The notes: a model not told the origin generated them from the sequence alone. Shown: positions 38,454 to 48,615, counted from the first letter of the stretch. The stretch: DNA of 64,000 bases from a candidate division WOR-3 bacterium (GCA_965649265.1 CBFGKC010000005.1:64001-128000); one strand, 5' to 3'. Made by a program: numbers and translations.

Positions 38454-39176
38454 CTACTCCTCCTTGTTGTTCTTGACGAAATACGTTAACATCACGCGCT
38501 CGTCATCGGCGCGTTCAATTATGAAAGCCTGCATGAGAATCTTCTCGAAAGCCGCCCTGGGACAAAGGATATGCGGCCGACCCAGGTACTCCTCGAGTTT
38601 GAGCATGATGGGATAATGAGGGTGCCCGGGATTGGGGATGTCCATTACGACTCGTGCCCTGGGTTTTAGAACCCTTGAGAGTTCGCGAAGCGCGCGTTCG
38701 ATGTAGTCGAGGGGCATGTATTCGAATACGCCTATGACGCAGGCGATGTCGAAGAAATCCGCCTCGAAAGGAAGCGCGGAGAGCTCGGCGACCTCGAGCG
38801 CGCCCACACGGATACGGTTGCGATCCGCGAAAGCTTTCATTGCTGCGATAAGGCGGGGGCTGATGTCTGCTCCATGATACAGGGACGGCCATTTATCGAG
38901 TCGGTAGTTGGCAAGGTTCGCGCAGCATCCGGCATCAAGAAACCGCATCCCGGCCGAAGGGGAGAGGTATTCTTTGATTCTGGGATCGGCGCTGTTGCAC
39001 CCGGCAGGGGTGTTGATGAACTCTTTGAATTCGGGCGAGTTTTTGAAATCATCGGGTACTTTTGCTAAAGGGTCCTGGCCCCTCTCGTACTGCTCGACCG
39101 TCAGGTCGTATGCACCCCGAATGCGCTCGAGCACCTCGTTCACGATTTTTTGACTGGAATTGCCTTGCTCGGACAT
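38454..39176 (-). CDS. Class I SAM-dependent methyltransferase
   Basis: FLDAGC, GADIS, LPFEADFFD, RVLKP. Confidence 0.85.
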   Translation of the reverse strand: MSEQGNSSQKIVNEVLERIRGAYDLTVEQYERGQDPLAKVPDDFKNSPEFKEFINTPAGCNSADPRIKEYLSPSAGMRFLDAGCCANLANYRLDKWPSLYHGADISPRLIAAMKAFADRNRIRVGALEVAELSALPFEADFFDIACVIGVFEYMPLDYIERALRELSRVLKPRARVVMDIPNPGHPHYPIMLKLEEYLGRPHILCPRAAFEKILMQAFIIERADDERVMLTYFVKNNKEE

Positions 39177-39209
39177 CTCGCCCGCTTCATGGGAAAAACC
39201 TCATCCGGC

Positions 39210-39602
39210 TCATTCGACCAGCCCTTTAACAAGGGCATCATGAACGGCAGCCAGATACGCCTTGGAGGTTATTGTCGCTCCGGTTATGACGTCCACGTCA
39301 AGGGTTTGACGGGCTGCGACCGTATCCAGAATCGCCCTGCCCTTCCTGGAATACTCGTTTCCGGAAAAGGCCTTCACTATTCTGATTTTCTTTATCGAAT
39401 GATTCTCGACTGCCACTTCCACCGTGTAAGGCATTACACCGACGGGGTGCGAACCCTGGTAGGTTCCGTCCGAAACCTTGCTCAAATCGACGTCGGCAAT
39501 CGTCATCGCCTGGGTTTTCTTTACCTCCTTCTCGGTTCCGCAGCCGCAAGCCAGAAGCGCAAAACCCAGGGTGGATAAAAGGATGGATGCTATTCTGTTC
39601 AT
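39210..39602 (-). CDS. FMN-binding (flavinylated) lipoprotein
   Basis: LA-C lipobox; DGTYQG; DVITGATITS flavinylation motif. Confidence 0.9.
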   Translation of the reverse strand: MNRIASILLSTLGFALLACGCGTEKEVKKTQAMTIADVDLSKVSDGTYQGSHPVGVMPYTVEVAVENHSIKKIRIVKAFSGNEYSRKGRAILDTVAARQTLDVDVITGATITSKAYLAAVHDALVKGLVE

Positions 39603-39603
39603 T

Positions 39604-40116
39604 TTAACCTCCGGTAAGTTTGTTGATTAGTTCGGCATGTCCGGGATAGAGTTCCGTGAGACGATCCCGGTCCCCAGGCTCGTATTCCGAGTAGTCGAAC
39701 CCCGGAGCCATGGTCGTGCCGAGAAGGGCGAAACGGCCCCCCGGAGAGAGGATGGCTCCCTGCCAGGTTCCTCCGGGAACGACGACCTGCGGTCGCTGAC
39801 CGGACTCCAGATCGGTACCCAGTATTATTATCCGGGACGTTCCGTCGGGATGAAGCTCCAGCTGCGTGACCGGATCACCAAGGTAGAAATGGAATATCTC
39901 GTCGGTGGGCAGGCGGTGAAGTCCGGAACGCTGGTCGGGCGTGAGAAGGTAGTATATGGCCGAGCCGAAATGTTTATCAGATTTATATCTGGGGGGGAGG
40001 GCCTCCCGCGGGATAATCTCGGTGGAGCGGTATGACTGGCAGAAGTACCCGCCCTCCACCTCGAGGGGCTCAAGACCCAGGATGCGGATTATCTCCCCGG
40101 CCGTCAGCTCAGGCAT
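39604..40116 (-). CDS. Cupin_5 (DUF985) protein
   Basis: EGGYF, SAIYYLL, LHRL.DEIFHFYLG, PGFDY. Confidence 0.92.
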   Translation of the reverse strand: MPELTAGEIIRILGLEPLEVEGGYFCQSYRSTEIIPREALPPRYKSDKHFGSAIYYLLTPDQRSGLHRLPTDEIFHFYLGDPVTQLELHPDGTSRIIILGTDLESGQRPQVVVPGGTWQGAILSPGGRFALLGTTMAPGFDYSEYEPGDRDRLTELYPGHAELINKLTGG

Positions 40117-40539
40117 CTATTTCAAGCCCTCCCTGAGGGCGTTTTCTATACATTTGAGGTAAGCCTTGGACGTGGTGGTGGCGCCCGTGATGACGTCCAC
40201 ATCGAGCGACTGGCGGGCGATGACGGTATCGATTACGGCCTGAGCCCTCACGGAGTAAGGAGTTCCCGTGAACGCCTTGATTATGTCTATTTTCTCTATC
40301 TTGTGATCCTTGACGAGGACCTGGACAAGGAAATCGGAGCCGCCGTACGAATATGCTCCCTGGTAGGAGCCGTCCTTGACCGATGCAAGATCGACGGATC
40401 CTATCGGCATCTGACGGGTTTTCTTGAGTTCCTCCCTCATCTTGCATCCTGCCAGTCCCAGTATGGAGAGCGCGAGGAAGGCTGCAAGGATCCTTTTCAA
40501 CGTATTCCTCCTTTTCGATATCTTCAGTACCGATACCAT
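40117..40539 (-). CDS. FMN-binding (flavinylated) lipoprotein
   Basis: LAG-C; DGSYQG; DVITGATTTS; true start may be a downstream TTG. Confidence 0.9.
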   Translation of the reverse strand: MVSVLKISKRRNTLKRILAAFLALSILGLAGCKMREELKKTRQMPIGSVDLASVKDGSYQGAYSYGGSDFLVQVLVKDHKIEKIDIIKAFTGTPYSVRAQAVIDTVIARQSLDVDVITGATTTSKAYLKCIENALREGLK

Positions 40540-40583
40540 TTCCTTAAAATGACGCGTCCCGGGGCGTAAAGTTTCCGGTTTTT

Positions 40584-41261
40584 TTAGATTTTTGCAAGCA
40601 CCCGCTCGGCGAGCACGTGACGCCTGATGCTGTATTTGTCAGAGGATGCTTTCCTCTTAAGCGATTTTTCGAGCAGGGGGGCCGCGTATTTTATCTCGGC
40701 AAGTGCCTGGGGGATATCGATTTCTGAGAGCGCGAGGACGGTATAGTAGAGAGGAAACCTGCGCCATTTGCCGTCACCCAGGCGAAGCATCTTGAGAGTT
40801 TTTACCCCACGCTCTAGAAGCTTCTCTCCCTCTTTAAGGGTACCGGCTGCGGCATTGCGCCAGAGGGAGGAGGTGCAGAAACCGCAGCAGTAAAACCCGG
40901 ACTTGTGGGTTTCTTCGTCAAACCTTGCCTGGATGCCCGCTGTCGCTTCGTCAAACGCCTTCCGGACTTCTTTATCGCTGACCTTTAAGATGTTGAGTAT
41001 TCTTGACGCCTCCTCCCCGAGTATATGCGACGTGGCCGCCCCGGACCTCACACGTTCGCCGGTGAAGACCTTTATGCCCGCGTCAAGGTCTTTCTCTGTC
41101 GGCGCGAACATGTTCGCATACGAACCGTACAAACCGTGACGCGATGCGACGAACCTGGCGACTTCAAGCTTGTCTTCGCTTGAGATGACCCGCTCTTCAA
41201 AAAAAGCGTCATTCACCGCATCAAGCGTGAAAGCCAGACTTTCTTTTTTAACAAGACCCAT
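40584..41261 (-). CDS. Hypothetical protein
   Basis: 225-aa ORF with upstream TTGACA promoter; YCCGFC motif. Confidence 0.75.
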   Translation of the reverse strand: MGLVKKESLAFTLDAVNDAFFEERVISSEDKLEVARFVASRHGLYGSYANMFAPTEKDLDAGIKVFTGERVRSGAATSHILGEEASRILNILKVSDKEVRKAFDEATAGIQARFDEETHKSGFYCCGFCTSSLWRNAAAGTLKEGEKLLERGVKTLKMLRLGDGKWRRFPLYYTVLALSEIDIPQALAEIKYAAPLLEKSLKRKASSDKYSIRRHVLAERVLAKI

Positions 41262-41841
41262 AATGCCACTCCAGTTTACATTGCTACAAGTAATATTATC
41301 TCTGGATAAAGCGTTTTGTCAACAACAAAAGATTGATTAAGATCTTTTCAGGCAATCTTTTTGCGCGTCTTCAATTTGTCTTTTGATTTCTCTCGCTGGA
41401 TTCCAGGTCTCGTATCGTCCAGAATCCATCCGAAAGCCCTGACTTCCTGACCTGGACCAAGCTCACCGCATCTGGGAGCTAAAACCACATACGCCTTAGT
41501 TAAAGGCCCTTTTTTGGAACCTCCAGGAAGAAAAAGAGAAAAAAAAGCCTTTCGCGCGCCCCACTGCCACTCCATCTTGGACCTGCCTTATGTTAATTTT
41601 TGAACAAAATCCCTCTTTTTACAACTACCTGTATTAAATCTTATTATAGGACATTTTGAAAGGGCGTCAAGCAGAAATATTTTTTTAGCATTCGGTACAC
41701 GTTATGGGTTTTCTCCACAATTAAGATCCTCCACACCCGCTTTTTCGCGAGAGATCCCATGCAATTTTGCCTCTGAAAGGAGCTAATTACAATCCCGGAT
41801 CTCTCGTAACAAACGACCGCAGGTAGCTTAAGCTACTTTTT

Positions 41842-42003
41842 TTAATCTTCGGGTGAGAATTCGTCCTTTGAAGCCCCGCAAACCGGACAGGTCCAGTCCG
41901 CTGGAAGCTCCTCAAATGAGGTTCCGGCAGGTATATCGTTATCGGGATCACCCTCGGCGGGGTCGTACACGTACCCGCAAACGTTACAGACGTATCGTTT
42001 CAT
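41842..42003 (-). CDS. Rubredoxin
   Basis: Hand translation: [53 protein letters not shown] (53 aa, below the ORF-track cutoff); AGGAG RBS. Confidence 0.97.
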   Translation of the reverse strand: MKRYVCNVCGYVYDPAEGDPDNDIPAGTSFEELPADWTCPVCGASKDEFSPED

Positions 42004-42067
42004 ATTTAACTCCTTTTTTTAACAGACTTGCGTTTTACTTAACGCAAGTCTGGATTTGCTCAGAATA

Positions 42068-42526
42068 TCACTCACTGAAAATAATCTCCACCAGTTCCTT
42101 AGGTTCGAGCCTGAAGGGCGAACCCTTACCTTGAAAGAAACCGTGATCGCAGATAAGGTGGATGGAAAGGTCGGACCATCGGATGCTTTTGCCTGTATCC
42201 AATCTGGTTACTGAAGTTACAGTTTTCTGGCAGCGAACGCCGTCCGACCAGGGACAGGGGATTTGCCCACGGTTGTCGTCGGCGCACACGACGAGATTGC
42301 CCGGCAGCTTGCAGCTTCCTCCAAGTTCGGCCTTGGCCATGTCTGTCAGCTCCTGCATTCTTTGAGCTATCTCGGCGATTGTTAGGCCCAGCGAGGCGAC
42401 CTCGCGTGCGTCTGCGTCGACGATTTCGGTAAGGTCCCGGGTATCCGAGCCGAGGAACCCTACGAGGGAAAGCTTGGACGAACGCAGGGTCTCCTCGAGT
42501 TTTTTCATCTGTGGTGATTTCTTCAT
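42068..42526 (-). CDS. Conserved-looking hypothetical protein
   Basis: 9 bp after the nqrF-like gene; CPW and IHLI..HGFFQG..SPFRLEP motifs. Confidence 0.8.
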   Translation of the reverse strand: MKKSPQMKKLEETLRSSKLSLVGFLGSDTRDLTEIVDADAREVASLGLTIAEIAQRMQELTDMAKAELGGSCKLPGNLVVCADDNRGQIPCPWSDGVRCQKTVTSVTRLDTGKSIRWSDLSIHLICDHGFFQGKGSPFRLEPKELVEIIFSE

Positions 42527-42535
42527 CTTTCCACC

Positions 42536-43651
42536 CTATGAAAACTTGTCATAATAGATTTTTTCGAGAGGGATGCCTGCCGCGGTCAGAACCGCTATTG
42601 CGGAGTCAATCATGCCGGGGCTTCCGCAAAGATATCCCTCGTAATCTTTTACGTCTGGCTGCGCCTCGAGATATTTCTTTACGACGTCCGTCACCCTGCC
42701 GCGCTCGCCCTTCCAGTCCGGGCTTTCAGGTTCTGAGACGACGGGCACAAAGCGGTAGTCCGGCAGCTCCTTCTCGAAGGCGCTCATCTGGTCCACGAGG
42801 TAGAGATCCTTGAGCGTGCGCACACCGAAGAAGAACACGGACTTGCGGGCTTTTTGTTCTGGATTTCGGACCATATTATGGATAATTGATTTTATGGGCG
42901 CAATGCCCGAGCCGCCCGCGATGAAGACTATCGGCGAGCCGGTATCCCGAAGGAAGAATTCGCCGTAAGGCCCGTTGATGCGAACCTTATCAGACTGTTT
43001 GAGGTAATCGAACATGTACGTGGTACAGATGCCACCCTGGACGCGGCGGACTATTAATTCGAGAAAGCCTTTCTCGACAGGATCGGAGGAGATTGAGTAC
43101 GCGCGGTAAACCTCCTCCGGGCTGCCCTTGTATGAGGGTGCAAGGAATTGAACGTACTGTCCCGCCTTGAAAGCTATCTCGGGGGGGTCGACCAGTTTTA
43201 TGCGAAATTCCCTGGTGTCGTAAGTGTATTCGATGATCCGCTCGCATACCCCTTCGTATTCCTTGATGGAGAAGAGCTCGGATGGGATTTCTATCTTGAG
43301 ATTCGCGCGCACCTTGACCTGGCACGAGAGCCTGATACCTTTTGCCCTTGCTTCCTTGTCTAAATAGGGCTCCTCCGTGGGGAGGAGGGGGCCCGCCCCC
43401 TCTTTTACCGTGACCTTGCAGTACGCGCACGTTCCGCGTCCGCCGCAGGCGGAGGGGATGAATATCTTCTGTGCCTTGAGGGTCTCCAGAAGCGAGTTTC
43501 CGCCCTTTGCCGTAAAGGCCTTTTCGCCCGCGTTGATGTCAATCTCGACCTCGCCGTAGTTGGCTATGAACCGCTCGGCGACCACGAGGAGGGCGGCAAG
43601 AAAGGCCGCGACCGCGCTCACCACGAGAATGGAGATCAGGGCATTAGACAC
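42536..43651 (-). CDS. nqrF: NqrF-like 2Fe-2S/FAD/NAD(P)H oxidoreductase subunit
   Basis: N-terminal TM; SACGGRGTCAYC, RLSCQ, RAYS, GGSGIAP, YLCGSP, YYDKF. Confidence 0.85.
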   Translation of the reverse strand: MSNALISILVVSAVAAFLAALLVVAERFIANYGEVEIDINAGEKAFTAKGGNSLLETLKAQKIFIPSACGGRGTCAYCKVTVKEGAGPLLPTEEPYLDKEARAKGIRLSCQVKVRANLKIEIPSELFSIKEYEGVCERIIEYTYDTREFRIKLVDPPEIAFKAGQYVQFLAPSYKGSPEEVYRAYSISSDPVEKGFLELIVRRVQGGICTTYMFDYLKQSDKVRINGPYGEFFLRDTGSPIVFIAGGSGIAPIKSIIHNMVRNPEQKARKSVFFFGVRTLKDLYLVDQMSAFEKELPDYRFVPVVSEPESPDWKGERGRVTDVVKKYLEAQPDVKDYEGYLCGSPGMIDSAIAVLTAAGIPLEKIYYDKFS

Positions 43652-43776
43652 GAGATTCCTTCTGAGACTTTTCTTCAATGAGGGGATATCTTAAGCGAGA
43701 AAGGATGAGATTAGTGTGTAGAGGTCCCCGCTCGATAATTGCGACCTTTTTTTCTTTGAAAAAAAGGAGCACTTTT

Positions 43777-44379
43777 TTATTTTCCCCTGATGACGCCCGT
43801 GAAGCCGATGAACGCCAGCGCCATGAACCCCGCGATGATGAGGGTGATGCCCGGACCCTGCAGACCGAGTGGTATGCGGGAATTCTGGAGTTTCTGCCGG
43901 ACACCGGCCATAGCGACTATCGCGAGCATCCAGCCCAGTCCTCCGCCGAGCCCGAACGCCACTGCCTGAAGCAGGTTGTACTCGCGGATGACCATGAAGA
44001 GTGCCGCGCCCAGTATGGCGCAGTTCACGGTGATGAGAGGGAGAAAAATTCCCAGGCTCGAGTACAAGGCGGGCGAGTATCGTTCGAGAACCATCTCGAG
44101 GAACTGCACGAACGCGGCGATTATGATTATGAAAAGGATGAAGCGGAAGAACTCGAGATGGAAGGGAACGAGGATGTAGACGTATGCGAGCCAGTTGAGG
44201 AGGTTGGTTACGGTCATGACGAACACTACCGCCGTCCCGAGGCCGAGCGCGGTATTTACCTCGCGCGAGATGGAGAGGAAGGAGCACATGCCGAGGAAGC
44301 GCGCGAGAAGGATGTTGTCGGTGAAAACCGCGGCGAAGAGGATGACGACCGCCGTCAGCATCTCCTGTCCGAAGCTCAT
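43777..44379 (-). CDS. nqrE: NqrE/RnfA membrane subunit
   Basis: FLGMC, GIFLPLITVNCAILG. Confidence 0.9.
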   Translation of the reverse strand: MSFGQEMLTAVVILFAAVFTDNILLARFLGMCSFLSISREVNTALGLGTAVVFVMTVTNLLNWLAYVYILVPFHLEFFRFILFIIIIAAFVQFLEMVLERYSPALYSSLGIFLPLITVNCAILGAALFMVIREYNLLQAVAFGLGGGLGWMLAIVAMAGVRQKLQNSRIPLGLQGPGITLIIAGFMALAFIGFTGVIRGK

Positions 44380-45017
44380 GATGAGCCTCCTTTTATTGCA
44401 GGGGATTCAGGCTTGCGGATTGAGCGGAATATCCATACAATGACGGCGAGCGTGAAGAAAGCGCCGGGCGGCATGACCATTATTATCCAGCGGTCCCACG
44501 CAGGCGTCGAGAAGAAAGGCATGGGGATGCCGAGAAGGGAGCCCATTCCCGTTATCTCGCGGAAGACTGAGATGATAAGGAGAACGAAGGCGTAACCGAG
44601 TCCGTTGAACACGCCGTCGATGAAGGAGGGCCAGGGCTTGTTCGTGATGGCAAATGCTTCGGCGCGGCCCATAAGGATGCAGTTGGTGATGATGAGGCCG
44701 ACGTACGGGCCAAGGTTGCGGCTCATGTCGGGCCAGTAGGCCGCGAGCGCCTGGTCGAAGAGTATCACGTAGAACGCCATGATGAGTGTTTCCACCATCA
44801 TCCTCACCCTGCGAGGGATCAAGTTGCGAAGAAGGGAGACCGTCAGGCTCGAGAGACCCAGGGTGACAACTAGCGCGGCGCTCATCACCATCGTGTTGAG
44901 AACGAGGTTGGTGACCGCAAGCGAGCTGCAGATACCGAGTATCTGGCGGAAGACAGGGTTGTCGCCCCATAGCCCGGTGGCAATTATCTTGCCTATGCTC
45001 TTGGATTGAGCGCTCAT
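44376..45017 (-). CDS. nqrD: NqrD/RnfE membrane subunit
   Basis: QILGICSSLAVT, VGLIITNCILMGRAEAFA, PPGAFF. Confidence 0.9.
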   Translation of the reverse strand: MSAQSKSIGKIIATGLWGDNPVFRQILGICSSLAVTNLVLNTMVMSAALVVTLGLSSLTVSLLRNLIPRRVRMMVETLIMAFYVILFDQALAAYWPDMSRNLGPYVGLIITNCILMGRAEAFAITNKPWPSFIDGVFNGLGYAFVLLIISVFREITGMGSLLGIPMPFFSTPAWDRWIIMVMPPGAFFTLAVIVWIFRSIRKPESPAIKGGSS

Positions 45018-45643
45018 TTCGCACTTCCCTTGACGGCGTTTCTCCAGCGCTCGATCCTCGCGTTGACGAATTTCATGAGCCTGGTTGAGGTCTGCGTTGC
45101 GCCCGTTACGGCCTCGACCGAGCTCGTGTCGAGTGCTGAGCCGACCGGCCGCAGCTCGATAGGCACGCCCTGCACGGTGATCTTTTTCCCCTTGAACTGG
45201 TTCTTGAAATAGGGTTTCATTATCTCGCCGCCCAGACCCGGCGTCTCGTTCTGCTGGTAGAATGAGATGCCGAGGATTGTCCTTCTGTCCGGGGCCACGG
45301 CGATAACTCCGGCAATCTTGTCCCAGAACCCCGGTCCCGAGAGCCCGACGATGTAGGCGACTGTGGTGTCGTGGTTACGGTAGAGGGAGAACGTGTCGCC
45401 GGACACGACCGTGTCTTTCACGTGAGCGACGTAAATCTCATGTACCTGCGTACCCGAGGCCTTGGATGGCACTGCTGTGCCGACCGCCTCGAGCACCGAG
45501 CGCTCGTAGGCGAGCTTGTGGTTTGCTTCGACGCGGCCGCGCGTGAAGCCGGAGAGGGCGATGAGGATTGCGCTGAAGAACGCCGTGACGACGAACATGA
45601 AGACGATTGAGAACCAGCCCCTGTCCTTCAACGGCGTGCTCAC
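45014..45643 (-). CDS. nqrC: NqrC/RnfG FMN-binding subunit
   Basis: GPGFW, ETPGLGGEI, AVTGATQTS. Confidence 0.9.
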   Translation of the reverse strand: MSTPLKDRGWFSIVFMFVVTAFFSAILIALSGFTRGRVEANHKLAYERSVLEAVGTAVPSKASGTQVHEIYVAHVKDTVVSGDTFSLYRNHDTTVAYIVGLSGPGFWDKIAGVIAVAPDRRTILGISFYQQNETPGLGGEIMKPYFKNQFKGKKITVQGVPIELRPVGSALDTSSVEAVTGATQTSTRLMKFVNARIERWRNAVKGSAK

Positions 45644-46680
45644 GGGGTCTCCCCTGCCGGTTGTTCGACGGCTTGCCTCTGCGATTTTTGAAGTTCCTTC
45701 TTGCGCTTTGCGCGCTCCTTGAAGAGGTAATCGATTATGGGACCGAACATGTTCCCGAGAAGGAGCGCGAACATGAAGCCGCCGTTGAATACGGAGAAGG
45801 TGCCTATAATGGCGGCCGCGGTACCGACTATTGCGGCGTATATGATCTTGGCCTGGATAGTCTGCGGAGCGGTGACAGGATCGGTTACCATAAAGAAAGC
45901 GCCGAAAAGGAATCCGCCGCCCAGGAGTGCCGGAAGTATGGGTACCGCGGTCTTGACACCGAGGAACATGAACAGGGATTCGAAGAGTGCGTAGGAGGCG
46001 ATGGTCGCGAGCACGAGCCAGCGGTTGGCCGTTCCCGAGATAAAGAGGTAGAGACCGCCGATTAAAATAGCGATAGCACTCGTTACTCCCATCGTCCCGG
46101 CAACGTTACCGATGAGGAGATCGAGAACAGGGGGAGAGGAGGCCGTGCCTGCCTTGACCAGCGCGAGCGGAGTGGCGGAAGTGATTGCATCGGGCAGCGA
46201 GGACGTGCTCCACATCTTGAGCGCTCCCCAGGGGAACGAGGAGGGCAGGGAGGAGGGCGGGGCGGGGGCGGCCCAATGGGACGTCAGGGAGACGGGGAAG
46301 GATATGTACACGAAGGCGCGGCCGGCCATCGCGGGGTTGAACACGTTGCGTCCGAATCCGCCGAAGACCATCTTTGCGAACATGATGGCGAACGCGATGC
46401 CGATCACGAGCACGTGCCAGGGAACCGAGGGCGGCATGATGAGAGCGTAAAGGATTGCGGAGACGAATACGGCCTCCGACACCGGTTCCTGCGGCTTGCG
46501 CACGCGCGTGAAGATGAACTCGACAAGGAAGGCGGTGGCGCATGATACGGCAACCATAACGAGCGAGCGCCACCCGAAGAAATAGACGGAGGCAAGCACG
46601 CAGGGGATTGTGGCCAACATGACTCGCCGCATGAGCACCTGTTTCGTAAGTAACTTTATTTTCTTCTTTGTCTCGTCCAT
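45640..46680 (-). CDS. nqrB: NqrB/RnfD subunit
   Basis: KMVFGGFGRNVFNPA, DAITSATPL, FFMVTDPV. Confidence 0.9.
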   Translation of the reverse strand: MDETKKKIKLLTKQVLMRRVMLATIPCVLASVYFFGWRSLVMVAVSCATAFLVEFIFTRVRKPQEPVSEAVFVSAILYALIMPPSVPWHVLVIGIAFAIMFAKMVFGGFGRNVFNPAMAGRAFVYISFPVSLTSHWAAPAPPSSLPSSFPWGALKMWSTSSLPDAITSATPLALVKAGTASSPPVLDLLIGNVAGTMGVTSAIAILIGGLYLFISGTANRWLVLATIASYALFESLFMFLGVKTAVPILPALLGGGFLFGAFFMVTDPVTAPQTIQAKIIYAAIVGTAAAIIGTFSVFNGGFMFALLLGNMFGPIIDYLFKERAKRKKELQKSQRQAVEQPAGETP

Positions 46681-46700
46681 ATCTATCCTTTCGGGCTGTT

Positions 46701-46728
46701 AGGATACCTACTCTTTTTGAGTTGTCAA
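46701..46728 (-). promoter_or_regulatory. Promoter TTGACA-N16-TATCCT directly before nqrB
   Basis: Leaves no room for an upstream nqrA/rnfC in this transcript. Confidence 0.6.
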
Positions 46729-47113
46729 GGCACTCCAGTCATTGCACCAGGAGAAAGTTATCAGGTATATAATGAGGACTCCTTCTCACGCGTTGACAAG
46801 TCCTCACTTCAGATCGTCATCCTCCGATTGTGAACTCCAGGGATTTACCATATATAGTTGTATTTGTGACATTTAGATGGTTCACAAAATTATCACTTGG
46901 GACTATCCCGGACCTTTGGGGGAGATTATCTTCAGTTAGCGATCATGGATAGTTAAGTCGAAATGTTTCAACCTCTGGAACTCCGCACCGCATGTAACAG
47001 GCTTCCTTTTGAAAACACACCCGACAACTTGGGGGCACTCCTGCCCGAAGACTGTGATGTCTTTCACCCACTCGGCAACGCACCGGAAGGAGTCAGACCC
47101 GGTGAATCCTATT

Positions 47114-47611
47114 TTACTCCCGGGCGCGGTAAAGAAGTCGGGATACCGCAAGGCAGACCTTCAACAGAAACGCCCTGTCCTCCTCGGAGAAAGCGTCCAC
47201 CGTGTGGGAATCGATGTCCAACTCGCCCATGACCCTCTCTTCTTTGAGGATGGGAAGAACTATCTCGGATTTGACCGTCGGGCTGCAGGAAAGGTAGTTG
47301 GTTTCTTTTGAGACGTCCGGAACGACGAAGGTTTGCTTGCGTTCCGCGGCCTGCCCGCAAATGCCCTGGCCGAAGGCGATTCTCGTATGTTCGGTGGGCG
47401 CGCCGGAGAAGGGGCCGAGGACCAGCTCTCTTTCCGCATCCGGATCGGTGAGATAGAAACCAACCCAGTCGTAATAGGGAACGTCTTCTTTCAGCAAGTC
47501 GCATATCGCCTGAAGCCCATCCCTGGGGACCTCCTCCTCGCGGATCGCCCGGCTGACCTTGTTTATGACTCGCGAAAACAACGCCTTCTTTTCTTCATCG
47601 GTCATCTTCAT
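47114..47611 (-). CDS. GAF-domain protein (fRMsr/MsrC-like)
   Basis: DWVGFY, LGPF.G, GQGICG, SEIVLP, LDIDS; ATGA overlap with the upstream gene. Confidence 0.88.
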   Translation of the reverse strand: MKMTDEEKKALFSRVINKVSRAIREEEVPRDGLQAICDLLKEDVPYYDWVGFYLTDPDAERELVLGPFSGAPTEHTRIAFGQGICGQAAERKQTFVVPDVSKETNYLSCSPTVKSEIVLPILKEERVMGELDIDSHTVDAFSEEDRAFLLKVCLAVSRLLYRARE

Positions 47612-47958
47612 GTTTGTTCCTTTTGGTTCATAACGGTCCACAAATCTACGGCGCGGCGAAGGTGCGGGATAACGATCGACCCGCCGACCATGAGCGCGAC
47701 CATCATGGTTTCTTCGAGTTCTTCACTTGACACCCCCTCCTCCTTGCATCTTGCGAGGTGGTAAGTGATGCAGTCGTCGCAGCGAAGAACCATGGACGCG
47801 ACGAGCCCCAGCATCTCCTTGGTTTTTGAGGGCAGGCCCCCCTCCCTGTACGTCTCGAAGTCGAGGTGATGGAACATCTTCATGTTCTTCGATGCGAATT
47901 CCATCACCTGTTTGTGGAGGCGTTCCCGTTCTTTTTTGAAATCTTCGATATTCTTCAT
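47608..47958 (-). CDS. Carboxymuconolactone decarboxylase/AhpD family protein
   Basis: KEMLGLVAS.VLRCDDCITYH. Confidence 0.9.
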   Translation of the reverse strand: MKNIEDFKKERERLHKQVMEFASKNMKMFHHLDFETYREGGLPSKTKEMLGLVASMVLRCDDCITYHLARCKEEGVSSEELEETMMVALMVGGSIVIPHLRRAVDLWTVMNQKEQT

Positions 47959-48102
47959 GATAATTCCTGTTCAATTACTTCCAGGCCGATTCCCGAAAGA
48001 AAAGCAGGACGTCCATCCGTGGCCCCCACGGCGTTGCATGACAACGGTGTGGGGTAAAAATTCGGGGTCCCCGACGAATTTCTCCGACATTTGTTGGGGT
48101 TA

Positions 48103-48615
48103 TTATTTATCCCCGTAGAGGTCGAACTCACGAATGCCGAACCAGTAACTCATTTTTGAAACCGAGTCCAGCTCGGCCTGAACGAGAGCCAGATGACCGT
48201 CCTCGATTTCCACGAAGTTCGCGAACATCTTCTGTGCCTCGCCGGGCAGCTCGGAAACCATCTTACGATAGAAAGCGGAGGTCACCTTCTCGGCCTCGAG
48301 CGCCTTCTCCAGCATGTTGATCTCCTCTCCGTAGTCCTTCTTGCCGACCTCGACCTTCATCGCCTTGGCTCCATCCTGGATGCGTTCCTTTGAAGGAAGG
48401 GCGGTCCTGAGGCCTTCGATTGTGAGCTCACCCGACGCCTGCCACTTCGCGAGTCTGGCAAAGAGATAATCGAGATGATGCTGTTCCTCTGAGGCCATCA
48501 GCGAAAAGATCCTTTTGCCGTCAGGATCGGTCGCTTTCGACAAAGCTTCTTTGTAAAGATCGCGAACCTTCGTCTCATACTCGATCGCGGTTTTGATTGC
48601 TTCTTCTACCGTCAT
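48103..48615 (-). CDS. Rubrerythrin-like ferritin-fold protein
   Basis: AIEYE...EEQHH...ALEAE...IEDGH; start MTVEE after GGAGG. Confidence 0.88.
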   Translation of the reverse strand: MTVEEAIKTAIEYETKVRDLYKEALSKATDPDGKRIFSLMASEEQHHLDYLFARLAKWQASGELTIEGLRTALPSKERIQDGAKAMKVEVGKKDYGEEINMLEKALEAEKVTSAFYRKMVSELPGEAQKMFANFVEIEDGHLALVQAELDSVSKMSYWFGIREFDLYGDK

